A stretch of DNA of 64,000 bases, from contig CALXMW010000001.1 of NCBI GenBank assembly GCA_944389585.1, forward strand, positions 155,435 to 219,434. The letters run 5' to 3'. Made by a program: the position numbers and the translations under genes. The notes beneath the pieces were generated by a model, which searched no databases, had not been told where the DNA came from, and saw nothing but the letters and a program-made list of their open reading frames with translations. Positions 17,227 to 26,208 of this stretch are shown piece by piece (the first letter of the stretch is position 1; each line of letters opens with the position of its first letter). Source of the DNA: an uncultured Kiritimatiellota bacterium (lineage in GTDB: Bacteria > Verrucomicrobiota > Kiritimatiellia > RFP12 > DVOR01).

Positions 17227-18668
17227 GTCAGAAGCTCGTTGTCGATGACGTCGGCGATTTCGTCGAGCGTCGTTTCGCCCTCCAAGACCTTGCGTAGGCC
17301 GTCGCCGCGCAGGGTGAGGGCGGAATCGGAGATGACCGGCGGGCGACCGGCCATGAGGGCCTCGCGCGCCGCGGCGTCCACGGGAAGCATCTCATAGACG
17401 GCGGTGCGGCCGGCGTAACCCGTGCCGCCGCAGTAAGGGCAGCCCTTGGCGTGGGGGATGTTGGGCGGCTGCGTGGCGTCCCAGCCGCAGGCGGCGCATT
17501 CCGCCGGGGTGGCCGGGGCCCACTCCATGCACTCGGGGCAGGGACGGCGCACCAGGCGTTGGGCCATGGCCAAGCGCAACGTGCCGGCCACGAGGTAAGG
17601 CGGCACGCCGAGGTCGGTCAGGCGCGTGAGGATGGCGGGGGCGCTGTTGGTATGCAGGGTGGTGAGCACCAGGTGGCCGGTGAGGGCCGAGCGCAGGGCG
17701 GTGGCGGCGGTCTCGCCGTCGCGGATCTCGCCCACCATCACCACATCGGGGTCATGGCGGAGGACGCTGCGCAGGGCCTTGGCGAAGGAGACGCGCTCCT
17801 GGCGGCCATCGACCTTGATCTGCGTGACGCCGGCGACAGGCTTCTCGACGGGGTCCTCGATGCTCACCAGGTGACGGTCGTCGGGGGCGGCGAGGGCGCG
17901 GAGCGCGGCGTAGAGGGTGGTGGTCTTGCCGCTGCCGGTGGGGCCGGAGATGATGATGACGCCGTTGGGCGCGCGCAGGGCCTTGCGGAAGAGGGCGAAG
18001 GCCTCGGAGTGCATGCCGAGGTCCTCCAGACGCTCCAACTTCTGCGTGCGGGCGGTCTGACTGAGGAGGCGGAGCGTGACGTGCTCGCCGTAAAGCGTGG
18101 GGACGGTGGCCACGCGCAGGGAGACGGTCGCGCCGTCGAGCTCCAGGTCGATGTTGCCGTCCTGCGGGGCGCGGCGCTCGGCGATGTCGAGCTTGGCCTG
18201 CACCTTGATGTAGGAGACGAACTCGGCGGCGGCCTCGGGCGGCTCGCGGCGGTCGGTCACCAGGCGGCCATCCACGCGCAGACGGATGCGGGAGCCGCGC
18301 TCGTCAGGCGAGACATGGATGTCGCTGGCGCCGCGGGCGAGGGCGCGGCGGAGCATATAGGCGAAGAGCTCCTCCGGGCGGTCGAGCGTACCGTTGAGGG
18401 CGGCATCGGGATAGTTCTCGCGGAGGGCGGCGGCAAAGGCCGCGGGGTCGCTCGCCTCGGCGAGGCGCACGGCGCGCTCTTCGAGCAAGCGTTCCAGACG
18501 GTCGCGCAGGGCGAAATCCGTGGCGTCGGACACGCAGACGGTCACGGCGCCATCGGGGGCGACGGAGACAGGCAAGGCGCCGAGACCGCGCGCGACACGC
18601 GGCGGGAGCAACCCCAGCACCGACTGCGGGGGGCGGATACGTGCGACGTCAAGCGTGTCCATGCTCAT
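17223..18668 (-). CDS. gspE: Type II secretion ATPase GspE (PilB family) with a GspE N-terminal domain.
   Basis: Walker A 'IISGPTGSGKTTTLYAAL'. 'VMVGEIRD'. Tetracysteine 'CPEC…CPYCGGTG'. 4-nt overlap with the downstream gene. Confidence 0.85.
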   Translation of the reverse strand: MSMDTLDVARIRPPQSVLGLLPPRVARGLGALPVSVAPDGAVTVCVSDATDFALRDRLERLLEERAVRLAEASDPAAFAAALRENYPDAALNGTLDRPEELFAYMLRRALARGASDIHVSPDERGSRIRLRVDGRLVTDRREPPEAAAEFVSYIKVQAKLDIAERRAPQDGNIDLELDGATVSLRVATVPTLYGEHVTLRLLSQTARTQKLERLEDLGMHSEAFALFRKALRAPNGVIIISGPTGSGKTTTLYAALRALAAPDDRHLVSIEDPVEKPVAGVTQIKVDGRQERVSFAKALRSVLRHDPDVVMVGEIRDGETAATALRSALTGHLVLTTLHTNSAPAILTRLTDLGVPPYLVAGTLRLAMAQRLVRRPCPECMEWAPATPAECAACGWDATQPPNIPHAKGCPYCGGTGYAGRTAVYEMLPVDAAAREALMAGRPPVISDSALTLRGDGLRKVLEGETTLDEIADVIDNELLT

Positions 18669-19468
18669 CGGTAGTTCGCCTGCAGGGTGAAGGAGAGACG
18701 GAGCGTGCCGGTGTCCGAACGCGTCACCGCGATGTCCTTGAAATGATAGGGCGGCTTCTTGAAGGTCTCGCCCACGAAGAAGAGGAAGATGTCGCGGAAG
18801 TTCCCCGCCACGGCGTACTCCATCTCCTCGGTTTTGAAGGGGAGGCGCGCGGGGGCGGCCTTGGGTTTGGCGGCGGCCGCGGCGGGAGTTTTGGCGGCGC
18901 GCTTGGCGGCGCGGGCCTCGGCGGCCTTGAGCTGGGCGATCTTCCGTTGGGCGTCGCGCAGGAAGTCGTCGCGCATGTTGGCCGGCATCTTGGCTGCGGC
19001 GCGCTGGACCTCGCGGGCGTAGGCATCGGCGCTCACGGGCTGGGCGGCGGCCTTGGCGGCAGACGGGGAGGCCTTGCCGCGGGCGGTCGGCTCGGGGGCG
19101 GCGGCGAAGGCGGAGGAGAGGACACGCAGACCGCGCGCGGCCATCGCCTGTTCGACGGCGTTCTTCGTGGCGAGCACCGCGTCGGCCCCTTCGGGGATCG
19201 GCGCAAAGCCAGCGTCGGCGACCTCTTGGCGCAACGCCTCCAGGCGCGTCTTGAGCGAAGCGGTCTGGGCATCCAGCGTCTCGGGTCCGTCAGGCAGCAG
19301 TGCGCGGAGCGCCTCCAAATGCGCACTCATGCGCGCCAGGGCGGGGTCACGTTCGGCACGGACGGCCTCGATTTGTCGGTTCCAGAGAAAGGCTGAGACG
19401 GTCCCGCACACGACGAGGGCGGCAACGAGCCAGTGCCAGCTGTTGGTCTTGGCGAGGAAATCCTTCAT
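18665..19468 (-). CDS. PilO/GspM-like bitopic membrane protein (TM helix plus coiled coil).
   Basis: Start chosen at 'MKDFLAKTNSWHWLVAALVVCGTVSAFLW' (single TM), then a heptad-like Ala/Leu/Arg-rich region. Conserved operon position. Confidence 0.45.
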   Translation of the reverse strand: MKDFLAKTNSWHWLVAALVVCGTVSAFLWNRQIEAVRAERDPALARMSAHLEALRALLPDGPETLDAQTASLKTRLEALRQEVADAGFAPIPEGADAVLATKNAVEQAMAARGLRVLSSAFAAAPEPTARGKASPSAAKAAAQPVSADAYAREVQRAAAKMPANMRDDFLRDAQRKIAQLKAAEARAAKRAAKTPAAAAAKPKAAPARLPFKTEEMEYAVAGNFRDIFLFFVGETFKKPPYHFKDIAVTRSDTGTLRLSFTLQANYR

Positions 19469-20796
19469 TTGGCGCCCCCCATGCGCGTGCAATCGATGGT
19501 ATAGGAGAAATGTGTGACCGGAAGGCCTTCGGCGTCCTTCCCTGCCTCGTCCTTGGCGTTAGCGAGGCGCAAGTCTTCGGCCTCCGCGAAGACCGTGAGT
19601 GCCTCGCGCAGGCGCAACCCCTCTTCAGCGTCCACGTAGGTGCCGGAGACCGAGACGATGCCGCCGCGCTCGGTGATGGAGTCGACGACAAGAGAGGGCT
19701 CCGCGTGCCGACAGAAGAAGTAGGCCACCTGCACAAAGGCCGCGAGGGGCAGACGACGCGTGGCGAGGGCCTGCTGGGTGGAACGTTCGGAGTCGTAGGC
19801 GCGCTGGGCGGCGGTCTTGCGTTTCTGGGCGGCGTCGGTGGCCTTTTCCAAAGGCAGATACTGTGCGGCCTCGGCCTGATAGCGCGCGGTCGCGGCCTTC
19901 AGCAACCGTCCCTCATGCCACGTGTAGAGATAGGGCAGGGCCAGGAGGACGATGCAGGGGAGAACAATCCAGGCGTTGGAGAAACGCTTGCGCGGCACCC
20001 AGGGGTTGGCCACCGGGAGATCGGCGCGCAGGTTGTTCGCCTTGGCCGAGGCGGCAAGCGCGGCGGCGGCCTTGAGGGTCTGGTCGACGGCCAAGGGCAG
20101 GGCATCGGCGAACCCGCCCTGTTCGCGAAGGACCGCGGCCAAGGGTTCGGCCTCGCCGCCCAAGGCAAGGAGACGCAAGGGCGTATCGGCCCCCAGCCCA
20201 CGCATCCCGTGCGTGAACCGTTCCAACCAAGCCTCGGGGGCGACCGCGGCATGGCGGAGGCCGGCGGGCACGGGCTGGGGCGCGGCCGGCGCGGGCGGCA
20301 CCACGAGCGCCTCGCCCTGCCCAACGACGACAAGCGTCTGCTTCGCGGCGGGTTGGGCGCGCCAGACGGCGGCCACGGCCAGGCTCAGCGCCGCGGCGCC
20401 ATCGAAACGGAGCCCGGCCTCATCGGCGGCATCGCGCAGGGCGGCCAGACGCCCGGCCTCGAAGACACCCGCGAGCAACGCCGCACCGCGGCCTTCGCCG
20501 TAGGAGCGGCCGGCAATCACCCATGCCGTGGGGTCACCACCCGTCTGGTCGGCGAGTTCCTGGGCCATCAGGTTCTGCGCCTCGGCCCACTTGGTACGCG
20601 GGGGAAGGGCGACGTCCTGCCGGCGAAGGTCGCACGCGAGAAGAAAACGCACGGCGGTATGGGTCTTGGCGAGGTCGTTGAGCCACGCGGCGGGCGGCGC
20701 GTCGGGCGGGGCGGCCACGGGCGCCTGCCCGGGCAAACGCCACTGCGCGCCGTCGTGGATCAAAATGGCCGGAATCTTGGAACGTTTCGGTTTCAT
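19465..20796 (-). CDS. PilM-like (actin-fold) cytoplasmic domain fused to a TM segment and a PilN-like periplasmic domain.
   Basis: 443 aa. Internal TM 'AWIVLPCIVLLALPYLYTW' at about residue 290. Operon context between the pseudopilins and PilO-like protein. No strong motif, assigned by architecture. Confidence 0.45.
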   Translation of the reverse strand: MKPKRSKIPAILIHDGAQWRLPGQAPVAAPPDAPPAAWLNDLAKTHTAVRFLLACDLRRQDVALPPRTKWAEAQNLMAQELADQTGGDPTAWVIAGRSYGEGRGAALLAGVFEAGRLAALRDAADEAGLRFDGAAALSLAVAAVWRAQPAAKQTLVVVGQGEALVVPPAPAAPQPVPAGLRHAAVAPEAWLERFTHGMRGLGADTPLRLLALGGEAEPLAAVLREQGGFADALPLAVDQTLKAAAALAASAKANNLRADLPVANPWVPRKRFSNAWIVLPCIVLLALPYLYTWHEGRLLKAATARYQAEAAQYLPLEKATDAAQKRKTAAQRAYDSERSTQQALATRRLPLAAFVQVAYFFCRHAEPSLVVDSITERGGIVSVSGTYVDAEEGLRLREALTVFAEAEDLRLANAKDEAGKDAEGLPVTHFSYTIDCTRMGGAK

Positions 20797-21791
20797 GGGG
20801 AGGTCAAGGGATAGGCGGAGGCGGAGTGGAGAGGCAGGGTCACGGCGTTGGCGCCGGGGTGCAGGAGCACGCGGCGCGGCGGCGCGGAGAGCGTGCCGGA
20901 GGCGGTCTCGGCCAACACGAAGACGACGCGCTCGCCCAGCGTGAGCCCCTCATCGAGGAGGACGGAATAGGCATTCTCGAAGCGATAGTAACGGCACGCC
21001 AGCCCAACCGTCGGTTCGGCGGTGGGCGTGGTCGGCAGGGTGAGCGCGGGGGCGTGGACGAAGACGTGGAGGCGTTGCACGGCGGCGTCGCTTTCGGGTT
21101 TCACGGTGAGGGAAAGCGTGGGTATGGGCACGGAGACGGGGAAAGAACGGTCACGGTCGCGCCAGTCGATGGCGTCGGCGTCCGGCAAAAGCGCGTCGTC
21201 CAGGCGGTCGCGACCACGACTGATGAGGGCCGTGCCATCGAACTCCCAGAGGCCGCCAAAGCCGTCGCGCAGGAAGGGGATGGGGTTGTTGGGGTCGGAC
21301 TCATCGGCGTCCAGGGCCCTCCCCTCGCAGTAAGGGCCGCGCCAACCCGCGCCCAAGGTGACAGTCTCAAAACGGTTGGTGATGGCACTGGCGGCGGAGG
21401 CAATCCCGGCGTCGGTGTACTGCGGCGTGGTCGTCTCGGGGATGAGGGCGGACTCGAGGAGTCTCCAGGCAGGGATGTCATGGACGGTGACGTTCTTGAG
21501 CATTTCGCCGGGGTGCTCGGGGTCCTCGGTCACGGTCTCATGCGGGAGGCGCGCGCCAAAGAGGAGACAGAGGCCGTTGGCATCATCCGGAACGAAACCG
21601 AGATCGGAGACGAGGGAAAGCCCGTCGGGACGGGCAAGGGCCTCGGCCATCGCCTCGGCATCACGGGCGGTCTGCTCGTAACGTCCCTTCTCGCGGGTGG
21701 CCGCCGCACCGGTCATCACGGCCGCCGTCAGCCCGGCCAGGATAACTAAAACCACGAGCAACTCCACCAATGTCATGCCACGGGCGTTCAC
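20793..21791 (-). CDS. Pseudopilin / prepilin-type N-terminal cleavage-methylation domain protein.
   Basis: 'MNARG|MTLVELLVVLVILAGL' class III signal peptide. 332 aa. Confidence 0.7.
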   Translation of the reverse strand: MNARGMTLVELLVVLVILAGLTAAVMTGAAATREKGRYEQTARDAEAMAEALARPDGLSLVSDLGFVPDDANGLCLLFGARLPHETVTEDPEHPGEMLKNVTVHDIPAWRLLESALIPETTTPQYTDAGIASAASAITNRFETVTLGAGWRGPYCEGRALDADESDPNNPIPFLRDGFGGLWEFDGTALISRGRDRLDDALLPDADAIDWRDRDRSFPVSVPIPTLSLTVKPESDAAVQRLHVFVHAPALTLPTTPTAEPTVGLACRYYRFENAYSVLLDEGLTLGERVVFVLAETASGTLSAPPRRVLLHPGANAVTLPLHSASAYPLTSP

Positions 21792-22630
21792 GGATTTCTC
21801 CAGATGTCGAGGTTGAGGAGTTCGATGAAGGTGAGGCCGCGGGATTCATCACGCTGGCGGAGGGCCCCGGTGGCGAGGTCGAGGGGGCCGCTGTCGGTGC
21901 CGAGGCGGCGGTTGCCGGTGAGGGCACCGAGCTCGTCGGCGGTGAATTCGTCCCAGGCCTCGGGGTCTTCTGCGCAGACGAGGAAGAGCCGGCGGTAAAT
22001 GGGCTGGGTGAGGTCAGCCTCGTCCTCGCAATGCTCCAGGTAGAGCACGCGGTAGAAGCCGTCCCAGCGGGTTCCGATTTGCGGAAAGAGCGGATCGCGC
22101 TCGCCCTCCCCGGCGCGGACGAGGGTGCCATAATCCTCCGCAATGCAGGCGACGCGGCTGGGGGCGTCGGCGTAGGGGCCCTGCCAGCCCTCGCCCGTGA
22201 GGGGGTCAGGCGCGCCGAAGACCACGAAGTCGACGTCTTCCAAGCGGTCGTCGCCCTCGGAGACGGAGGGCTGCAGGAGGGGCCAGAGGCCGTAGCGCTC
22301 GAAAAACTCGATCATGCCATAGGTGCGGTCGTCCTTGGCGGGCTCGTCGCCACTTTCGAAGGTGTCCAAGAAGTCGTCCGAGGGGAAAATCTCGGAAGCG
22401 TTGGGGGCGTGGAGGCCGGCGAGGAGACGCGGCGCGTTGTCGGCATGGAAGCGGGCAAAGGCGTCGCGGAGCTGCCCCATCTCGTGGAGCGTGGTCTGGC
22501 GGCGGGCCTGGACAACGACGTTGCGGCCATAAGTGACGGCCACACCCGCGCCCACCACCGCAACGATGGCGATCACAACCAACAGTTCCACCAAGGTGAA
22601 GCCGCGGCGTCTGGGCGTGGGTGTGGTCAT
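21788..22630 (-). CDS. Pseudopilin / prepilin-type N-terminal cleavage-methylation domain protein.
   Basis: Start chosen at 'MTTPTPRRRG|FTLVELLVVIAIVAVVGAG'. About 280 aa. Confidence 0.65.
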   Translation of the reverse strand: MTTPTPRRRGFTLVELLVVIAIVAVVGAGVAVTYGRNVVVQARRQTTLHEMGQLRDAFARFHADNAPRLLAGLHAPNASEIFPSDDFLDTFESGDEPAKDDRTYGMIEFFERYGLWPLLQPSVSEGDDRLEDVDFVVFGAPDPLTGEGWQGPYADAPSRVACIAEDYGTLVRAGEGERDPLFPQIGTRWDGFYRVLYLEHCEDEADLTQPIYRRLFLVCAEDPEAWDEFTADELGALTGNRRLGTDSGPLDLATGALRQRDESRGLTFIELLNLDIWRNP

Positions 22631-22705
22631 CGGGTTTTCTTTCTTTGGAGGTTCGGGTGGAGGGCGGCGGAAGGTCCTTTCGCCCCTGTCCACCCCTTCA
22701 TAACT

Positions 22706-22860
22706 GACCCTATAGTGGTCCGAGGTCAACCACTATAGTGGTCGGAGGTGAGACCCTATAGTGGTCCGAGGTCAACCACTATAGTGGTCGGAGGTGAGAC
22801 CCTATAGTGGTCCGAGGTCAACCACTATAGTGGTCCGTGCGCGACCCTTATAGGGTCGCC
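22706..22860. repeat. Tandem array of about 6.5 units of 23 bp (two alternating subtypes; 46-bp super-period). Each junction forms the palindrome ACCACTATAGTGGT. The array ends in the hairpin GCGACCCTTATAGGGTCGC.
   Basis: ctatagtggtccgaggtcaacca / ctatagtggtcggaggtgagacc alternate three times. Intergenic, between the stop of the 394-aa prepilin gene and the start of the pseudopilin operon. Confidence 0.7.
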
Positions 22861-22892
22861 GGAGCCCCCCGCAGGGGACCCCGGCGAGAAGG

Positions 22893-24077
22893 TCAGTCCT
22901 TGACGCGCTCACCATCGGTGATATACTTGTCGCGGAGGGAGGCGACAGAATAGCCCTGAGGTGTGAGGACATCGACCACTTGCGCCTTCTGCGTGGCACC
23001 GGTCATGTCACTGTAAGTCTCGAGCGGGACGCTGACAACGACCAAGTAACGGTTATAAACCGACTTGCTTTGATCGTTGCGCTTGCCGTAGGCAGGCGCA
23101 TCGATGCGGATGGACTTGGCGTTGTAGATGGAGGCAAAACGGCCCAGTCCGAAGACGACGAGGTAGCACTTCTTGCCGTTCGCGATTTCGGTAGCGACAT
23201 CTTGAACAGTGGGGTCTGCGATTTCATCGGGCGCATAGCCGCAATTGGTGATGATTTCGTTCGCCATGTTCATGGGCATAGGCTGACCCCCCATGGTGGC
23301 ACCGCTCGTGCCCCAAAGGAAGGCAAGGCGGTCCAAGGTTTTCGCATCGACAATCTTCTGCGCCTCGGTCTGCGCCGCGACAAACTCGCTTTCGGTCATA
23401 TACGTCTTGCCGTCAGGGGCGGTATAGCCATCGGCCTGGACGGTTGGGTCGTCCCAGCCATCAGCAGGGCCGGGATCGTCAACCATTTCCTGTGCATCCT
23501 TAACGTCCTCTTTGTACGAGGAGCTGTTGAGCGTGCTGAGGGTCTTGGAAGTGTCGACCGCACCGCTGGACATGGACATGCCGGGCATCATCGAGATGGT
23601 ACCGGCTGTCCAGGTGGAATCGTTGGCGTTGCCGTTGGTGTTGGCTGCGCCGGTCAAGTGACGATAGAGTGTGGTGAGACCGGCTGATGCCAAATTGTCG
23701 AGTACAACCTGCGGCGCCTCTTCGACGGAGACGGTGTAGCCAAGCGGACCTTCCACACCCATCGAGATGTCTGCGGATTCTGTCACGCCATCCATTCCCG
23801 CGCCGGGCATGGTCGAATAGAGGTCTTCGTTGTCCGTGACGAGCGAGTCGAGGCCATTGGGAATGTTGTTGTCGTTGATGGCGCTCCACTGAGAGATGGC
23901 CTTCTTGATGATGGAGCAGTCGGAGATCTCCATAGAGGTCTTGGCCTGTTCATCGAGGTAGCGGTAGGTGACGGCGACGCCGGCGCCGATGACGGCGATG
24001 ATGGCGACGACGACCAAGAGCTCAACGAGCGTGAAGCCCGCGTGGCGCTTGGTGTGCTTGAGGTGGTTCTGTTTCAT
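22893..24077 (-). CDS. Large prepilin-type protein (class III signal peptide plus a roughly 360-aa globular domain).
   Basis: Start chosen at 'MKQNHLKHTKRHAG|FTLVELLVVVAIIAVIGAGVAV'. The upstream part of the 658-aa ORF is Arg/Pro-rich and spurious. Confidence 0.7.
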   Translation of the reverse strand: MKQNHLKHTKRHAGFTLVELLVVVAIIAVIGAGVAVTYRYLDEQAKTSMEISDCSIIKKAISQWSAINDNNIPNGLDSLVTDNEDLYSTMPGAGMDGVTESADISMGVEGPLGYTVSVEEAPQVVLDNLASAGLTTLYRHLTGAANTNGNANDSTWTAGTISMMPGMSMSSGAVDTSKTLSTLNSSSYKEDVKDAQEMVDDPGPADGWDDPTVQADGYTAPDGKTYMTESEFVAAQTEAQKIVDAKTLDRLAFLWGTSGATMGGQPMPMNMANEIITNCGYAPDEIADPTVQDVATEIANGKKCYLVVFGLGRFASIYNAKSIRIDAPAYGKRNDQSKSVYNRYLVVVSVPLETYSDMTGATQKAQVVDVLTPQGYSVASLRDKYITDGERVKD

Positions 24078-24148
24078 AAGGAGTGGTTCCTTGTGGTTGG
24101 TTTGTGTTCGGGTTTCGCGGACGCTGGAGACCCGCACGTGAGTGCCGT

Positions 24149-24658
24149 TCAGGCCTGGACCTTGGCGAGGGCCTCGGCGGCGGCCTGGGCGGCGTGCTGG
24201 AGATCGGTTTCGTCGGGGTGCTTGGCGGCTTCGGCCCAGCGGGCTTCGGCCTCGGGGGTGGGCGCGTGGGGGTTGCCGGCGGGCATCTTGCGCATCCAGT
24301 CGATGAGCACGGGGTCGATGGCGCCCTGGCACCAGAAGGCGGCGACCTGCTCGGTGCCTTCGCCATAGGCCTTGGGGGCGGCCTCGGCGCAGGTGCGGGC
24401 ATGCATGGAGTCGGGATTGGCACCCAGGGTGAAGAAGGTGAAGACCTTCTTGCCGCGGATGGTCTTCATGTAGTCGGCGGCCTCTTTGTTGGGGCCGCCC
24501 TTGTCGACCCAGAAGCCCATGGCGATGAAGTCGTAGGCGTCGGGGGTGGGCGCGGTCTTGACGTCGTGGAGTTCGGCGCCGGGGAGGGCGGCGGCGATAG
24601 CCTCGGCGACCTTGCGGGTGTTGCCGGTGGCGGTGGAGTAGACGACGAGGGTTTTCAT
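24149..24658 (-). CDS. Flavodoxin.
   Basis: 'MKTLVVYSTATGNTRKVAEAIAAAL' is the flavodoxin FMN-phosphate-binding loop. 169 aa. Confidence 0.8.
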   Translation of the reverse strand: MKTLVVYSTATGNTRKVAEAIAAALPGAELHDVKTAPTPDAYDFIAMGFWVDKGGPNKEAADYMKTIRGKKVFTFFTLGANPDSMHARTCAEAAPKAYGEGTEQVAAFWCQGAIDPVLIDWMRKMPAGNPHAPTPEAEARWAEAAKHPDETDLQHAAQAAAEALAKVQA

Positions 24659-24690
24659 TTGGAGGCTCCTTGATGAGGTGTGATGGAGGA

Positions 24691-24766
24691 TGAGGATGTA
24701 GGGAGAACGGAAAACGGAGAACGGAGAACGGAACGCCCCTACGGGGCGACAGGCGGAGACTCGCCT
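24691..24766. repeat. Copy B of the (GAGAACG)n plus GCCCCKCAGGGGC hairpin repeat. It overlaps the last codons and stop of the ECF ATPase gene and lies upstream of the flavodoxin gene.
   Basis: Plus strand 'gatgaggatgtagggagaacggaaaacggagaacggagaacggaacgcccctacggggcgacaggcggagactcgcct'. The minus-strand TAG stop sits inside the hairpin loop. A second hairpin aggcg-gagact-cgcct follows. Confidence 0.6.
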
Positions 24767-26208
24767 CCCGATTGCAGTTTCCCTTCAATACGAAGTTGGC
24801 ACTGGGCCACCAGTTCCAACAGTTCAAGGTCGTGGGTGATGAGGAGGGCGGCGCCGCCATCGAGGGCAAACTGGGCGAGCTGGGCGGCGATGACGCGCAT
24901 GTTGCGGCCGTCGAGTCCGCTGGTGGGCTCGTCGAGGATAAGGAGGGAGGGACGCTTCATGAGGGCGCAGGCGATGACGAGGCGCTGCTTCTCGCCGCCG
25001 GAGAGAGACTGCGGGTGGCGTTCGGCCAGGTGCGCCAAGCCGAAGAGGGCCAAGAGGCGGTCGGCCTCGGCCTCGCGGACGGCGCGGGGGACGGCGCGCG
25101 GCGCGGAGAAGAGGAGTTCCTCGCGGACGGTGCGCATGAAGAGCTGGATGTCCATCTGCTGCATGACGAAGGCGGCGCGTTCGCGGATGTCGCGGCGGCG
25201 GAGTGCGCGGCCTTCGTGGAGGATCTCGCCGGCCTGGGGTTTGGCGAGTCCGCAGAGGAGTCGGGCGAGGGTGGTCTTGCCCGCGCCGTTGGCGCCGACG
25301 ATGGCGGTGACGGCGCCGCGCGGGACGTTGGCGGAGAAGCCGTCGAAGATGAGGCGGGACTTCTTGGAGTGGCGGAAGGTGAGGCCGCGAATCTCGACGG
25401 CGGGGGCGCCGAAGGTGTCGCAGGCGGGGAGCTCGGGGCGGGAGACGCTCACGCGGCGCAGCCCCCAGCGGGCGACGTCGGGGTGGGCGGCCAGGAGGTC
25501 GAGCGGATCCTCGCCGCCGGGCATCTTCTCGGCGTTGAAGACGGCGCGGCCGCGCTCGAGGACAAGGAGGCGGTCGAGCACGCCGCGAAGCCAGTAGAGG
25601 CGGTGATCGACGATGACGAGGGTGACGCCGTGGGCCTTGAGGCGGAGGATGAGGCGAGCGAGTTCGTCGGTGGCCTCGGGAGAGAGGTTGGCCGTCGGCT
25701 CGTCCATCACCACGAGGTCGGCTTCGGCGGCGAGGACGGCGGCAAGGGTGGCCTTCTGCTTCTCGCCGGAGGAGAGGGTGAAGACGGAGCGGCGGGCGAG
25801 ATCGGTGAGGTCGAGCACGCGCAGGGCGTCATCCACGCGGCGGCGAATCTCGTCGCGGGGACGGCACTGCCATTCGAGGGTGAGGGCGACCTCTTCCTCG
25901 ACAGTGGTGGCGAAGAACTGCTCGTCGGGGTTCTGGAGGACGGTGCCGACGCGCTTGGCGAGGGCCTCCATCGGCACGGGACAGGTCTCGCCGGCGACGC
26001 TGAGGGTGCCAGTGAGGGTACCTTTGTAGTGGTTGGGGATGAGGCCGTTGAGCAGGCGCAGGAGGGTGGACTTGCCGCAGCCGCTGGCGCCGGTGACGAG
26101 CATCGCCTCGCCCTTGCGCAGGCGGAAGGAGATGCCTTCGAGCGCGGGCGCCTCGGTGAAGGGATAGCGGTAGGCCACGTCGCGGGCGTCGATCATCCAC
26201 TCACTCAT
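24739..26208 (-). CDS. ECF-type ABC transporter ATP-binding protein with two fused ATPase domains (EcfA/EcfA'-like).
   Basis: Two Walker A motifs ('VTGASGCGKSTLL', 'IVGANGAGKTTLA') and two LSGG(E/Q) signatures. 489 aa. Confidence 0.8.
   Translation of the reverse strand: MSEWMIDARDVAYRYPFTEAPALEGISFRLRKGEAMLVTGASGCGKSTLLRLLNGLIPNHYKGTLTGTLSVAGETCPVPMEALAKRVGTVLQNPDEQFFATTVEEEVALTLEWQCRPRDEIRRRVDDALRVLDLTDLARRSVFTLSSGEKQKATLAAVLAAEADLVVMDEPTANLSPEATDELARLILRLKAHGVTLVIVDHRLYWLRGVLDRLLVLERGRAVFNAEKMPGGEDPLDLLAAHPDVARWGLRRVSVSRPELPACDTFGAPAVEIRGLTFRHSKKSRLIFDGFSANVPRGAVTAIVGANGAGKTTLARLLCGLAKPQAGEILHEGRALRRRDIRERAAFVMQQMDIQLFMRTVREELLFSAPRAVPRAVREAEADRLLALFGLAHLAERHPQSLSGGEKQRLVIACALMKRPSLLILDEPTSGLDGRNMRVIAAQLAQFALDGGAALLITHDLELLELVAQCQLRIEGKLQSGGESPPVAP

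Noticed and set aside
22706-22860. Possible CRISPR array.
   Set aside because: The repeats are contiguous with no unique spacers, two repeat subtypes strictly alternate, and no cas genes are nearby. It is a tandem direct-repeat or operator array, not CRISPR.
22893-24869. The 658-aa ORF as a single giant protein. The same applies to the 924-aa sulfatase ORF, the 485-aa PilT ORF, the 687-aa phosphodiesterase ORF, the 496-aa MFP ORF and the 393-aa nucleotidyltransferase ORF.
   Set aside because: The N-terminal extensions are Arg/Pro/Ser-rich and overlap neighbouring genes. Recognisable signal peptides, Tat motifs, RBSs or conserved N-termini appear at internal Met codons, which were taken as the true starts.
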